A DNA stretch of 64,000 nucleotides, from assembly GCF_006345805.1 (NCBI RefSeq), contig NC_043001.1:99076001-99140000 (forward strand). Direction: 5' to 3'. A model generated the notes under the pieces. The model saw nothing but the letters and a program-made list of their open reading frames with translations. It was not told the DNA's origin and ran no database searches. A program made the position numbers and the translations under genes. The stretch is from Octopus sinensis (taxonomy: Eukaryota). The first letter of the stretch is position 1, and every line of letters begins with the position of its first letter. This document shows, one piece after another, positions 1 to 13,190 of this stretch.

Positions 1-618
1 GTGTGTAAAGCTTGGTCATGCTAGAATTAAATAATGTCACATGAAGCAGTGTTGAATAAAATATATCTAACATGCTTGAGTGTTTTCATGTGTAAGAAAA
101 CCTTCTGCAGAAATGTATGTATCCTACAATCCAGTGACATCATTCACAGCCCAAGATGTGCTTTCACACATGTCTAAGTGGAGAATTTTCTCCTGGGACT
201 ATTCTGAAATGGAATGTCTTCTCATGTTTGAATACACTAAAATGTATTAAATTTGATTTCACAGAAATATATTATATTCAACTCTGCTTTATGCAATGTT
301 ATTTCATTCTGGCTTGACCAACATGCTTGATCAGCATACATACTGTATGCTGTTTTAATAAGATAGATTTTGTTCTTATCATGCTGTGAATGACAGATTT
401 GGTTGTTGTAGCTGATAAAGTGAAAAGAAGCAGAAATGCATGCATCCTAAGATTCAAAGGTGTCATTCACAGCCCAAGATCTGTTTTCACATATCTAGGA
501 GGTGAATTTTATCCCAGGACTAGTTCCACAACAAAGGTTCTTCTCATGCAAATTCATTTGAATATGTCAAATATGACTTTATGTGCGTGTGCTAATGTGT
601 GTTGATGTATGTATATTT

Positions 619-970
619 TATTTGTTTCAGTCATTTCCCTGCTATTTCTAGCGCCACCTTTAGTCAAGCAAATCAACCCCAGGACTTATTATTTGTAAGC
701 CTAGTACTTATTCTATCGGTTTTTCTTGCCAAACCACTAAGTGATGGAGACGTAAACACACCAACATCGGTTGTCAAGTGATGTTGGGAGAGTACAAACA
801 CCGACACACAAGCACACACACACACACACATATACAATGGTTTTCATTCAGTTTCCATCTACCAAATCCACTCACAAGGCTTTGGTTGGCCCGAGGCTTT
901 AGTAGAAGACCCTGAACCCAGAACCATGTGGTTGGTAAGCAACCTACTTACCACACACCCACTCCTGCAC
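619..970 (-). mobile_element. tRNA-derived SINE, family A (near full length)
   Basis: Reverse complement of a multi-copy element (head TGGTAAG, body CAAAGCCTTGTGAGTGGATTTGGTAGA, internal (CA)n, tail ...TGACTGAAACAA). Matching copies at about 12329-12590, 31265-31620, 32050-32385, 36958-37270, 40068-40400, 54262-54930 and 60093-60240, plus many fragments. Confidence 0.85.
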
Positions 971-983
971 CTATATATATATG

Positions 984-1015
<32 letters not shown>

Positions 1016-2495
1016 TATAAATACCATTGCACAAAACGCTTGCCTCTTGAATTACTAACTTTTGTTGATTAAATAAACGTATGTGTATGCATATAATATA
1101 TATTTATATATATGTAAATATGTGTTTATATTTATATATTTATATGATGTCTATTATACATACATACATATATATGAATATGCTTATTATATATATATAT
1201 AGCATGTGCATGTTTGTGCATATATGTAAGCTGTCAGTTTTTACAACTTTATTTTTGCTCATAGAACTGCATAACATTTAACTGATGAGTCAACCCAGCC
1301 ATAGATGTACATCTGATATGTATTAGTAGATATGTAGGTTGTCTGCTAGCCTTGTGTTCTTCACTGCAAAGTTTACAATAAATTGTCTACTTATATATTG
1401 GAGCAGGGAGCATCTGCATGGTTGCTTGACCTGCTAGAAATAGCAGGGAAATTATGCTTAATCATTCTCTACCAATGGATATATTTGCATAACACCATTT
1501 GGTGCACACTGTCAGAGAGATATCAGTAATATTTATGAGTGTATGCATGTGTATGTATTTGTATGTTCATAAATATATATATGTGTGTATGTACACATAC
1601 ATATCTATATATGTATTTACACACACACACACACACATATACTCACGCACACTTATGATGGGATGGATTTCCAAGCATCTTCTCGTTACCAATTCTGTTA
1701 ATAAGGTTTTGATTGGCCTGCAGCTTTTATAGAGATGCCACACAGTAGGACTGAATCTGAAACCACATGGATGGGAAGCAAATTACATAACCACACATCT
1801 ATAGCACTTTTCAAAACAGACCTCTTATATATGATAGCCAATATACATTTTCATAAGCACATTAATTACTTTCAAAATTAACATATTTTTGATATCAAAG
1901 ATTTATAGAATTCTAAAAACATTTTTATTTTCTCCATTAAAACTAGTATCTTATATGAAGTTGAAAATAACATAAATACTGAACTACATAATAAAAACAT
2001 CACTAAAAATTATAGGAAGACTAGTGCACACACATCACCATTATTTTAACATCCACTTCTCCATGCTTGCATGGGTTGGATGGAATTTATTTAGGCAGAT
2101 TTTCTACAGTATGATACCCTCACTTTTGCCAAAACATCACCTGTGTCCAAGTATGGTAATGTTCCCCATGGCCAGATATGTTTTCATAGAAGATTGGAAA
2201 TGAAGGTCATGGCTTGCATGAAAATGACATTCATTTATAACACTTACATGAAGTCAAAGCAAGGAGACAGTAACACACACACACATGTGCACACATATAC
2301 ATACATTTACACATATTATATATTATTTAATAAACACAGTATATATTTTTTATGAGTTACCAATAGTTTCATGCGATGAAAACAACTCCAACAGCATTTT
2401 CATCGCATGAAAGTATTAGTAGCTCATAAGAAATACATACAGTGTTTATTAAATAATATTTATCTCGCACCAGATTTTATTTCTATGAAAGACTC

Positions 2496-2712
2496 ATCAT
2501 CATCATCGTCAACAACATTTAATGTCCATTTTGCATACTGGCATGTGCTGGATGACTTGACAGGAACTGGCAAAGCAAGGGGACACACCAGGTTCCATAA
2601 TCTATTTTGGCTTGATTTCTACAGCTGGATGCCTTTCCTAATGCCAACCACTTTATGTACTGGGTTCTTTTTATGTGACACCAACACCCACTCCAATGCT
2701 TTTTATGTGGCA
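2496..2712 (-). mobile_element. RTE-LINE 3'-tail fragment ending in (GAT)n
   Basis: Reverse complement of the AGGGCATCCAGCTGTAGAAAC...CCATGCCAGCATGG...TTAAATGATGATG tail seen at the end of the RTE copy at 16290-16460. Confidence 0.75.
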
Positions 2713-2781
2713 CTTTGGTTTTATGATCTCAATTCTTTTGTGGCAGGCTGCTCTTCTTGAGTGCAGTAACATGCCACATAT

Positions 2782-3920
2782 CTCTTGTTTATCAATAATC
2801 ATTCTGCCTGATCAAAAAAATTAGATCCTGCAGGTTCACTTGAGGTTTGTATAGGATTATTTGATGTGTGATTGTATTGGCTTATACATACTAAATGTTC
2901 TAAAAATGAACTTCACTTCATTAAATTTAAGACTATACAGAGATGGTTGACTAGCTTTTTTATCATCATGTCAACAGGTATACATATGATACCTTTAGGA
3001 AAATTTTATTGGCACGTTCAAGAATTTTGGTCTAAAGAGAATTATAAAATAATACAGCATTTGCATCCTAGGTGTCAGTCATAACTTACACAAACAAATA
3101 AATATAGACCATAAAGTAAACCAAATGAGAAACTTATGCATATTAACAAAAGTTCCTGTCATTGACCTATAGCCTTTAAAAATCTAGTTAGCAGAAGATT
3201 CCTCAGCCTCTTTTCAAATGAAGAAACCTTTCATAAGGAAACCTTATATTTTAATAGTGCTCTTGCAAACAGTAGTTTTAAAAACTAATTACTTACTCAC
3301 TCTACTACAATATTACACTAAGAATAGATCCTTTAATATTGTATTATCCACACCCCTTTTTCCTTTAAGCATCTCCAAGCATTTCTTAGTCCCAATAAAC
3401 CTTTTCCAATTGATCATCATTACAGGAAAGTCTTTAAAAAGAACTTCATAAAAGTTAGTTGCAAACAGTATAATGCATGAGTCAAGAATATCAATCCACT
3501 CAAGGAAAACTGATCTTATAGAAAACTAATGCTTGCCCTCTCAATCAATCATGCAATGCCAAAACTATAATATATGAATCGGAAATTGTTTCTGCAAATT
3601 TTAATTGAATGACAGTGCAAAAGTACAACATAGAAATGACAGAGGATAAATTTAATTGATGAGATTTTAGTCATATGTCATCCTTCAGCATGCTCAAAAG
3701 AGGAACAAAATCTTTGTCGAGCTGCTTTTGAGCTTACATAACACTGATTTCAATATTAAGTGGAAGATTCTATAGGAAGCAGATTCTGTATAAATTTGCA
3801 CGAATGAGATCTTCATATTGAAAAACACACACAGAGAAAATCTGTAAATTACCTAAATACAAGATCAGAATTTTTGTTGAAGCATCACTTACTCCACAAA
3901 TTGATGCTTAACTGCATGAA
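2782..3920 (+). mobile_element. Degraded Penelope-like element (RT core and thumb, GIY-YIG endonuclease)
   Basis: Manual translation through frameshifts and stops gives LLFINNHSA*SKK..GSLEVCIGLFD, CDCIGLYILNVL..LRLYRDG*LA (YRDD-type catalytic motif), KYRP*SKPNEKLMHINKSSCH*P..RRFLSLFSNEETF (PLE thumb), ACPLNQSCNAKTIIYESEIV, FNIKWKIL and YLNTRSEF (GIY-YIG region). Confidence 0.75.
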
Positions 3921-6900
3921 AATGGATAAAATTGAGTACTTCGTTTGTGCTAACTACAACACCTGATACCATGGTTTGCATGGCTATATGGTTAACAATA
4001 GACATGAGGTTTGATTCTTTAGGTGATATTACAACATATTTCTGTTTTCTGTATTGTGTATGTGAGCATGTGTATGACTGTATGATAAAATTATACTGGA
4101 TTTTGGCACATCATCAATTATATTTCTGTTCAATGATAAGTGTTCTACACATATTTTAATCTCAACAAAGTCGTTTATTGAAAATATGTTTAAAATATGT
4201 GTTGTAACTGGTTTAAATAATTTATTTTTAAGAAAAATCACAACCTTTCTATACACTAGTGTCCTTCTCCATAGTAGTTCTATGATATTTGTTGTTTCCT
4301 TATGAGCACACAACTCATCCCTGCCAAACAATATTTTCACCCAAGTTAAGAACTGCAGTAGACCTCTGATCAAAGTTGTTCTAGCTATGAATATCCAAGA
4401 TTTTTATATATTATTCAATATATTATTAAGATGGTAGAAAGTGACATGAGAGAAATTTGGCAGCTATTTCTAGCATTTTAGCAATTACATAGAAGTATCT
4501 TTGTTGGTTTATGTGAGTGATGTGTGCTCTGATGAACTTTTTTTCTTTTTTGTTTTGACATTTTTCTTTTACTGTGTGTAATTTGTTGGCTAAGTGTTAC
4601 CATACTTTATAGTAGTGAACCAGATATAATATTTTAATTGTAAGATATTTTTGCTTTGATAATAGTGATTAGAAACAACTGATATATAATTAAAATAACA
4701 ATTTAAATCATTGTTTCTTGTAGGGACAAGGATGCTGAAATGATTGAAAAATTGGAGAGGGGGATAAATGACCATGTGTAATAAATGTCAAAGTGATTTT
4801 AAAACTTCTTTTAATTTGTCCAACACCATGATGAAAAAAGAAGAGTTATGTACCTGCAAAGTCTTTTTTTTTTTTTTTTGTGTGGGAAGCTAGTACTTCT
4901 TAGTTTGAAAACCACAGATTTAAATGATTTTCTCTTATTTGTGATGGTGATGGTGGTACAGTGGCAGCGGTGATGAAAGTGATGATGATGATGATGTCAT
5001 GGATATTAATTGGTTTTGGTTCCATTTTCCATTTGTTTTGACAAGTCCTGGAGAATTGTTACTATTTTGTCATCAGATGTCATTATTTTTAGTATATGGT
5101 ATGTTATAGTTTGTAAATATTGGTATAACACTTAATGGATGTAACTACCAAGATGGGACAGGTGGGTTGGGAATTATTGGTGTTGATGTTATTGCCAGAT
5201 CTGATCAAACAGACCTACAATTAATGTCATTCCAGTTGTGGCCATCCTTCAACTGCTGTTTGTTTTCATACATGGTATATATAGAACGGCAAGTCTTAGC
5301 CCGGGGAAAAACCCCAATTCCTTTCTTTTGGGAAAATTCAGGAAGGAAAATTATTTTTAAGGCCCAAAACTTCCTTTACATTATTCACACTACTTTTTTT
5401 TGACCAGATATGATTTTCATTAATGTTGATTTTTAAGGACATTAATGTTAAATTGTGCTATTTACAAGACTACTCTTTTCCCTATTATATGTGGAGAGAG
5501 GTCAAGATAAACTGGTAAAGTTGGGGGATGGAATGCATTTATTTATTTATTTGTTTATAATGGTTAAGTATAATTTGAAGGAGATTTGTATGTTGTCTCT
5601 AGCAGATTAAGGGACAATATAGAGGCTGCCAATGTGAACATTATTTCTTTATAAGGACTTGATACAAAAAAAATTAAATTAGTCTATTAACCCCACTCTC
5701 ATTGGGTACATACACCCTAAGTGATAATATTTTTCTTTGTATTTTCCTCTCAATTAATGGGCAAGGCTCAACCATGACAGTTGAATTTTGTCTCCTATTA
5801 TAATTCCAATCTTGTTTTAAGAAGCTTTATAGTAATATAAATCTGCCTCAGTACTTGACTAGTACTTTATTTTATTGACCTTGGAAGGATGAAAGGTAAA
5901 GTTAACTTCAAAAGTATTTGAACTCAGAATGTAAAAGTCTGGAACTAAATACTATAGGGTAATTTTTGTTTTAAAAAGTAGCATTTTATGACTTGGTCAG
6001 AGGAGGAAGGGCACTATGGTTGTTTTCATAGTTTTGTGTTGATTAGAAGAAGGGAGTAGGTTATCCACAGGCTGCAGATCTGGCTGAAATACATGCAACA
6101 GAATGAACTATACTAAAAGTACACAAGGGTGTACACAACGGCGGTGCATCAGTATGGCCGCAGCTCTAAGCTGAAACAAGCAAAAAAAAAAAAAGGGTCA
6201 TGTGGCAGTGCTGAACAAAGTGACAAATTAAGTCTACCACAAGAATAGGAACAGTTGTTATTCTGATGGATTTCTGCTTCATTTTCATCTACCAGATTCC
6301 ACTCACAAAGTATCAACCAACTCAAGACTGTAGTAGAAGACACTTGCCCAAGGTACTGCACCATTGACTAAAATTTAGATCATGTAGTTGTAAAGCTAAC
6401 TTGTTAACTCCAAAGCCATACCTGCATTCACATGCTCCAATGCTCTATTAATTCTGCAAAGAAACCCACTATTGCACTCTATGCAGTAAATGTGTGGTTT
6501 GTTGTTATTCTTTAACTTTTTTCAGCCTTATCTATTTATATTTCTTCAAAATTTTACTTTGCAATTTCCAAGATAATATAACATCATTGTTTATAGATTT
6601 CCCATCAAACAATCACTTGGTCACTGATTTTAGGATAGCTAGAGGGATAAGGGTGTGTTTAAACCAACATAAGAAACTTGGTTTATTAAGTACTATTTTA
6701 TGTAAGCTTCTCACTATGTTGAATTTTGTACATTGTACTGACCACCTTTCCTTTGAGCTCTTGTAGCTGTTAAAGAAATTATTAGTATTACTATTAGGTC
6801 AACTTTGCCCTTCATCCTTTTGGAGTCAATAAAATAAGTACCAGTTGAGCATTAGGGTTGATGTATTCAACTATCTTCTCTCAAAATTTCAGGCCTTGTA

Positions 6901-7659
6901 CTTATAGTAGAAAGGATTGTTATTATTATTGAGTGAGAGAGGAGTGCATGCCATCAAAGTGACACTGTGGTACAAATATATGAAGCTCAATATACCCATC
7001 ATGATTACCCATCTGATAAGGGTACACCAGACACATATGTTACACTATATGTGTGCAACATAGTGATCTCATATCAAAACAAATAGTGCATGATCTTGTA
7101 GGTGGGGCTAATTAGAATTTTTTTTCTTTGGGTCAAATAGGCCTTCCTGCTCAAATGGTCCTTGAATAAGGGTTGTTTAAGGATGTTGAATGAAACACTT
7201 GTTTCCAGAGGTGAATTATTATTAAAACCCCAAAGAATTCCTCTCAACACATGGCTGTGATGCTTCCCCACTACTTCTGCTCAAGTTCAGAGATGCACAT
7301 ATTGTCAGTCACTAAGGGACATGCACAGCTGATTATGGTCAAGCAACTGATAAGCAAATCTGTGATATTGAGCAAGATATTTGTTGTAGCCCATCTTTTA
7401 CACCTAGACAAAACTCCATTTTTTTTTTCATTTTTCAATTTTAAAATTTGCAAAATGTCCTTGGAGAAGAGTGTCAGCTCTTCCTTTCTTTTTGACCTCC
7501 CTCCTCTGCTGTTGGAAAACAGCCAAAAATGTTTAAAAATTAATTGTCTCTGCCCTCTCCGTGCCTTAAAAAGCAGAGAGAGGGACGACCAAAGTCTTGC
7601 TAGCACATGCAACAATGAGCAACTGAAGGGAAAAGAAGAAGAGGAAAAGAGCAAGGTAA

Positions 7660-8870
7660 TTCAGTTAATGGACACTGCTAGCGTCGCAACACCTGTGAAT
7701 CCAAGCCCTCCCACTACCACCCCTACACTAACATATTGAACACTCAACAACAACCCAATGCATTAAACAGCCGAGGTTTTGTTTTAATGGCAAAGCCAAG
7801 AAACGAATTCATTAATGTTTCTGTGGAATCTCTCAAAGACTACAGAAACATGTTAAAAAGAAAAAGTGAAAGATGTTTTGATAAACACACGTCCAGATAT
7901 TATAAACAATACAAACAAATTACCATAGTGTACAAAACTATATCTTAAAAAAATAAGACGTTTAGAAACTGCCACAAAGCAAGCAGTTGAAATATGCTTG
8001 CTACCCATTTGGAACGACATAACATATCTGTCAAGGGGTAAGAAATATAGCACAATTGAAGTCAGATTTGCTACAGAAGACATAGCAAAACAGCACTCAA
8101 CACCCCAGCTGAGAAACAGTGAACTTGTCCTCGTTCCAACATACTTGGGTTGGCACGTTGCCAAGATGAAAATACTGGAGATACTACCAAAAATGAACAT
8201 TTGTTGGATTGTTGCAGTTGTCCTCCTCAACTTGGAAGATAAAATCAGAACCATCCAAGTCAAGAAACAAGGAAAAAACAACTGGACTGGTCGGGAATTG
8301 CAAATAATGGTCCAAATAAACCAAGACATTTTGGAACAAATTCTTGACTAACTCGGCCTTCCAGATGGCTCTATGCTGAACGTCATAATTGAGGGCAGCA
8401 GGTCAAGATGTTATCAATGCAGACAGAATAACCACCTGAAAGCCTTCTGCCCACAACTAAAACAGAAGGAGGGCACTACCCTCTTGATACAAGCACCACC
8501 CATACCATAACACCTAAAGCAACCCCAACAACAAAAGCAACTTCAACAAGAGAAACCCCATGAAAAGAAAGCAGAGGGCTCCAGCAAACACACCACTACC
8601 ACCACCAACTACACGAGAGACAACAACAGAGGCACTGACCACAACCACCACCACAGTGCCTACAAAAATACCATAAATGCAGCTCTTGCCAGCAAATTTC
8701 AACTCACTGGAACTACCACTTCCTGACTCTGACCACTCAGACATGTCATGCAGAGAGGCTGACAGAATTGAGTGGACAGAAGTCACACATAAAAGACTAA
8801 GAAAAAGGCACAACAGTACACCAACAAATAAACAAGCTGTACTCCCAAAAGAAGCTTTCAAAATCACCTG
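7660..8870 (+). mobile_element. Degraded non-LTR retrotransposon ORF1 (Tx1/L1-like) with CCHC zinc knuckle
   Basis: Broken frame KYSTIEVRFATEDIAKQ...PTYLG...LPDGSMLNVIIEGSRSR, followed by CYQCRQNNHLKAFC (CX2CX4HX4C, 8409-8450) and a Pro/Thr-rich tail ending WTEVTHKRLRKR. The clade assignment is inferred. Confidence 0.65.
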
Positions 8871-9454
8871 AACACACCAACACCACCACATCGCAGATAC
8901 AGCCAACAGTACAAGGTGTAACACGGTCAACACAAAAAGTAAATGAAAATAACAAAAACACTGCAAAACTCACTGCTATAAACACAGACAAGACAAACTT
9001 ACTATTATACATAAAGAAAAATACAGACATCAAAATGACTGACTTTGTTTCCCCCACAGATAATACACTGCCACCACACACAGATACTTCAAACATCTCA
9101 ACATGCGTACAGCAACATAAAATCCAAATTTCCACAGGCGGTTTGAGGTTTCAACACAAAAGTGTCCTGGAGCCTCTATAAATCCTTGGTCATGTAGACC
9201 ACCACACCCCACTTAAGGAGCACAACATCTGCCCTTCTCTTACCTCTGAGTGCTAACAGTTAGTATTCCTCTCCTTACCAGCCACTTAAATGGTCATAAT
9301 CAAAATAAGTTGCATAAATGTACATGGCCTGGGGTCCCCTTGGAAACAAGGTTACCTGCTCATGGGTTGGACAGTTTGACTGAGGCTGGTTAGTTGAGGG
9401 GGCTCCTCCAGACTCCAATCTGACTTGGTATGCTTCCGTAGCTGGATGCACCTT

Positions 9455-10430
9455 TAATGTTTTAAATTTTGGCACAAGGTCAGTAATTTTAAAGGTGAGG
9501 GGAAAGTCAATTATATTAACACCAAAAGGATGAAATGCAAAGCTGACCTCAGCAGGATTTGAGCTCAGAATGTAAAGAACCAAACAAATGCTGCTAAGCA
9601 TTTGCTCAACATGTGAATAATTCTGGTCAGTATTTGGCACAAGGTCAGTAAGTACAGGGAAGAGGTTAAGTTGATTACATTGACTCCAGTGCTCAACAGG
9701 TTCTTATTTTATTGATCCAAAAAAAGATAAAAGGTGATCTCAGAAGAATTTGAATGCAGAACATGAAGATGGATAAAATGTCACAATGCATTTTGCCTGG
9801 CATTCTAACAATTCTGCTAGCTCACATCCTTAATAATAATAATAATAATAATAATTTTGGTACTGGGCAGTAAGGATAGATGAAATACTGCTAAGGAGCA
9901 TAAAGATGGACAAAACACCACTAAGAAATGTAAAGACGGATGAAATACTGCTAAGCATTTTGGCAGATCACTGCCTTAAGTATTGATTTCAAATTTGGCA
10001 CAAGGCCAGCAGTTTTGGCGGGAGGAGGCAAATCAATTACATTGCCCCCAGTATTCAACTGGTACTTATTTCATCACCCTCTGAAAGAATGAAAAGCAAA
10101 GTTGACCTTGGAAGAATTTGAACTCAGAATGTAAAGACAGATGAAATGCTGCTAAGCATTATGTCCAGGGTGCTAATGATTCCGCCAGCTTGCTGCCTTA
10201 ATAATAGTAATAATAATTCTTTCTACTATAGGCACAGGACCTGAAATTTGGTGGCAAGAGACTAGATGATTGGATTGATCCCAATACTTAATTGGTACTT
10301 ATTTTATCAACCCCAAAAAGGGAAGGAATGGCAAAGTCAACCTAGGTGGATTTGAACTCAGAATGTGAAGACAGATGAAATACCATTAAGCATTTTATCC
10401 AGTATGCTAACGATTCTGCCAGCTTGCCAC
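9455..10430 (-). mobile_element. Head-to-tail cluster of about 4-5 SINE family B copies
   Basis: Repeated GGCACAAGG...GGTACTTATTT...GATGAAA.GCAAAGT.GACCT.G...GAATTTGAACTCAGAA...GAAAT.C.GCTAAGCATTT modules, some separated by (AAT)n. They match the reverse complement of 58254-58480. Confidence 0.75.
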
Positions 10431-10466
10431 ATTGTTGTTGTGGTTGATGTTGATGATGATGATCAG

Positions 10467-10738
10467 CAGTTCCCAAAGATAGTGCTCATGGGAACTGCTC
10501 ATATCCTACGCAAAATACTTTCTATGTAATCTCAAGTTTTAAAACAAACAATTTTCCTATGGTTTCTTAAACATTCACTAGTACAACATTAAGTACAAAA
10601 CCAAATATATGGCACCCTAGGCATAAAACCAACATGAATTTCCAACTTGTTGTCTCTAGAGGTCTCTGGGTGAGACTTGGAGCCAACTTGTACAAATGTA
10701 AAGCAAAAGTCAAACATAGAATAATAATAATAATAATA
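10467..10738 (+). mobile_element. 3' end of an R4/Dong-type (restriction-like endonuclease) LINE
   Basis: Reads PKIVLMGTAHILRKILSM*, the typical C-terminus of this clade, then a 3' UTR and an (AAT)n tail. Confidence 0.7.
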
Positions 10739-10829
10739 CAAAAAGAAACCCTGTGCCACCTCTGACAGCAGGCTGCTGTCTGCTCTCACAGAATGGACCT
10801 GCATTCTGAGAAGTAAAACAACAATAATA

Positions 10830-11100
10830 ATGGTGGTGAAGCTAGTGCTAATTATTGTTGAGTCCTTGGGGACAGTATCAGAAGGCATCAAAAAAAAATT
10901 CAAAGGAAATCAGAATAGAGTGCCCAGTAGAACCATTACAAAAAGTTTTCATCCTTGGCATGGCCAGAATAATCAGGAAAGTATTAGATAGTTAAAAAGG
11001 ACAAATAGCATGGTATCATAGGCTGCAGGCAGCAAGCCTACTATGCATGCAAGACTCCAGTTCCAACAAAACCTGAGATAAAAAAAAATAATAATAATAA
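10830..11100 (+). mobile_element. 3' end of a second, divergent R4/Dong-type LINE
   Basis: Reads VKLVLIIVESLGTVSEGIKKNSKEIRIECPVEPLQKVFILGMARIIRKVLDS* and ends in an (AAT)n tail. Confidence 0.65.
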
Positions 11101-12328
11101 CATGTTTTTAATTTAGAGATAACATTGGCAATTTTGAGTGAAAGGGATTAGTTGAACCATCAACTCCAATATTTGGCTGGTATATAATTTTATTGATCCT
11201 GGAAAGATGAAAGGCAAAGTTGACCTTAGCAGGATTTGAATTCAGAACGGGAAAAAGGTTGGAACAAATATGGCAAGTAGCCTTATAGTGCAATTGAACC
11301 AGAGATCACATGGTAACAAAATAAACTCTGTACCTACATGGTCATACCTTCTCCTGTAATGTACAATGAATGCAAAAAAAAAAAATGAGAAGTTGGTCAT
11401 AACTGATTGTATAGCTTTTCTTTCGGAGATCACCTAGGGTTAATCAACAACAACAACAGCCTCACTTGCTTAAGTTCACTACTTAAAACGTTTTGGTAAT
11501 GTCACAAAGTGCATTAAATACTTGTGGTTACTATAATGTAAATCTATAATCAGAATATGGATTCTGTGAGTTCTTGGGCAAATGTCCATAAATATTCTCT
11601 ATTTTTCACTGACTCTTGTCTTAGATGTTCACATCTGGTTGGCAGCTGACTTCTTGTCTAACAGTGCATGTTTTATGTTTTGAAGTAATTTGTCAGGCCT
11701 GGTAGTGTGTTCTTGCATTTAGTTGAAGTGATTGGAATGTTGCACTTGTATGTATGTGTGGTGTGTGTATGTGTATTCATGTGTGTGTTGTTGAAATGTG
11801 TTACTGGATTACATTATACTGTACTACTAGTACTCTAGACAGTTTTATACATATTTGTATGTAAGCGTGTGTTTATGTGTATGTATGTCGATCTGTGTGT
11901 ATGTGTATCTGAGCATGTGCATTTGTGTGCATATATGTATGTGTATGTATCTATGTATACAAGAGTTGTTTACACGTATGTGTGTATGCAGGTATATATG
12001 TCTGTGCTTGTATGTACATGCTTGCATTTATGTGTATGTGTGTTCATATATGTATGAATCTATAAGTGTATATGTTTTCATGAATGTATGTGCCCTCATG
12101 TCTGTATGCATTTATATATATATATATGTATGTTTGTGTGTATGGATGTATATGTTTGTCTGTGTTGTGTACATGTGTACATACATGCATATATGTGTAT
12201 ATAGCTAAATTTTCCAATCCTTTTACTCTTTGTCTAAAGTATAAGAATGTCATAGAAACTGAACTACTGACATATTTAATACAAAGAACATTTAAAAAGA
12301 ACCAATATTATTTTCATCATTTCAAGAT

Positions 12329-12590
12329 AGGTGCAGGCATGGCCCTGTGGTTAAGAAGCTTGCTTTGTAACCATGTGGTTTTGGGTTCAGTCCCACTGTG
12401 CAGTATCTTGGCCAAGTATCTTCTGCTATAACACCAGGTTTACCACCACTTTGTAAATGAATTTGGTAGATGGAAACTGAAAAAATCCCTTAGTGTAGAT
12501 GTGTGTTTGTGCCCCCCCCCCCACTTGACTACTGATGTTGACATATTTACAACTCCATAACCTTGTGGCTCATCAAAAGTGACTGATAGA
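12329..12590 (+). mobile_element. SINE family A copy
   Basis: A box TGGCCCTGTGG, B-box-like GGTTCAGTCC and the shared body. Confidence 0.75.
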
Positions 12591-12983
12591 ATATGTTCAA
12601 CCGAGATGGGAGGGGAGTAGTGTTGCAGAGTGTGACTTTGTGCCAGATGAGAGGTTAGAGTATGAGTAGAGGAACAGAAATAGGTGTCTTGCAGTAAAGG
12701 AGATACAGAGATACTTCAGTAGGAGAGAGAGAAAGGATAGGGAAGATGGTGAAGATGTGATGGAAGGAGGGGTACACTCAAATTACAGACTGGTGTAACT
12801 TGATTAAAATCATCTGCTTTCCTTGTTTTACATTTACTTTTTTTTGTTTTGTTTTACAGTTACTTCCCAAAGGAGTGTATGTAAAATGCCATTTGGTTAA
12901 AGGGTTGAGAATCTTTACTAGAAAGTATCATATAGTCATACTAATGCATGTACACACACATACACACACACAAGCATCTAAAG

Positions 12984-13190
12984 CAGGGGTGGGCAAACTA
13001 CGGCCTGCCATAGGATTTCATGCGGCCCGTCGAGAGGAATATTTCACAAAATTTCCTTTCAATCAATTGTGTGTTTATAGGTCTATAACCGCCTTTAAAA
13101 ATATTTTCACTTGATTTTTATAAATGAGGCCCGCCAAGGTTCCAAAGACGCACTGTGCGGCCCGCGATCAAAAAAGTTCGCCCACCCCTG
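12984..13190. mobile_element. hAT (Buster/Charlie-type) MITE, 207 bp
   Basis: TIRs CAGGGGTGGGCAAACT / AGTTCGCCCACCCCTG and a perfect 8-bp TSD ATCTAAAG (12976-12983, 13191-13198) with central TA. Subterminal GCGGCCCG motifs are present. Confidence 0.92.

Noticed and set aside
5020-5080. Minus-strand CUGAUGA as a hammerhead (also CTGATGA at about 1282, 4529, 17976, 20048 and 53928)
   Set aside because: No correctly placed GAAA with stems I and III.
11845-12253. Overlapping Cys/Val/Tyr/Met- or His/Thr-rich ORFs (also 1081-1281, 37054-37436, 48236-48502, 62130-62504)
   Set aside because: Translations of (GT)n/(AT)n low-complexity sequence.
12860-12876. Possible 17-nt microexon after a strong acceptor
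   Set aside because: Not frame-preserving and without other support.
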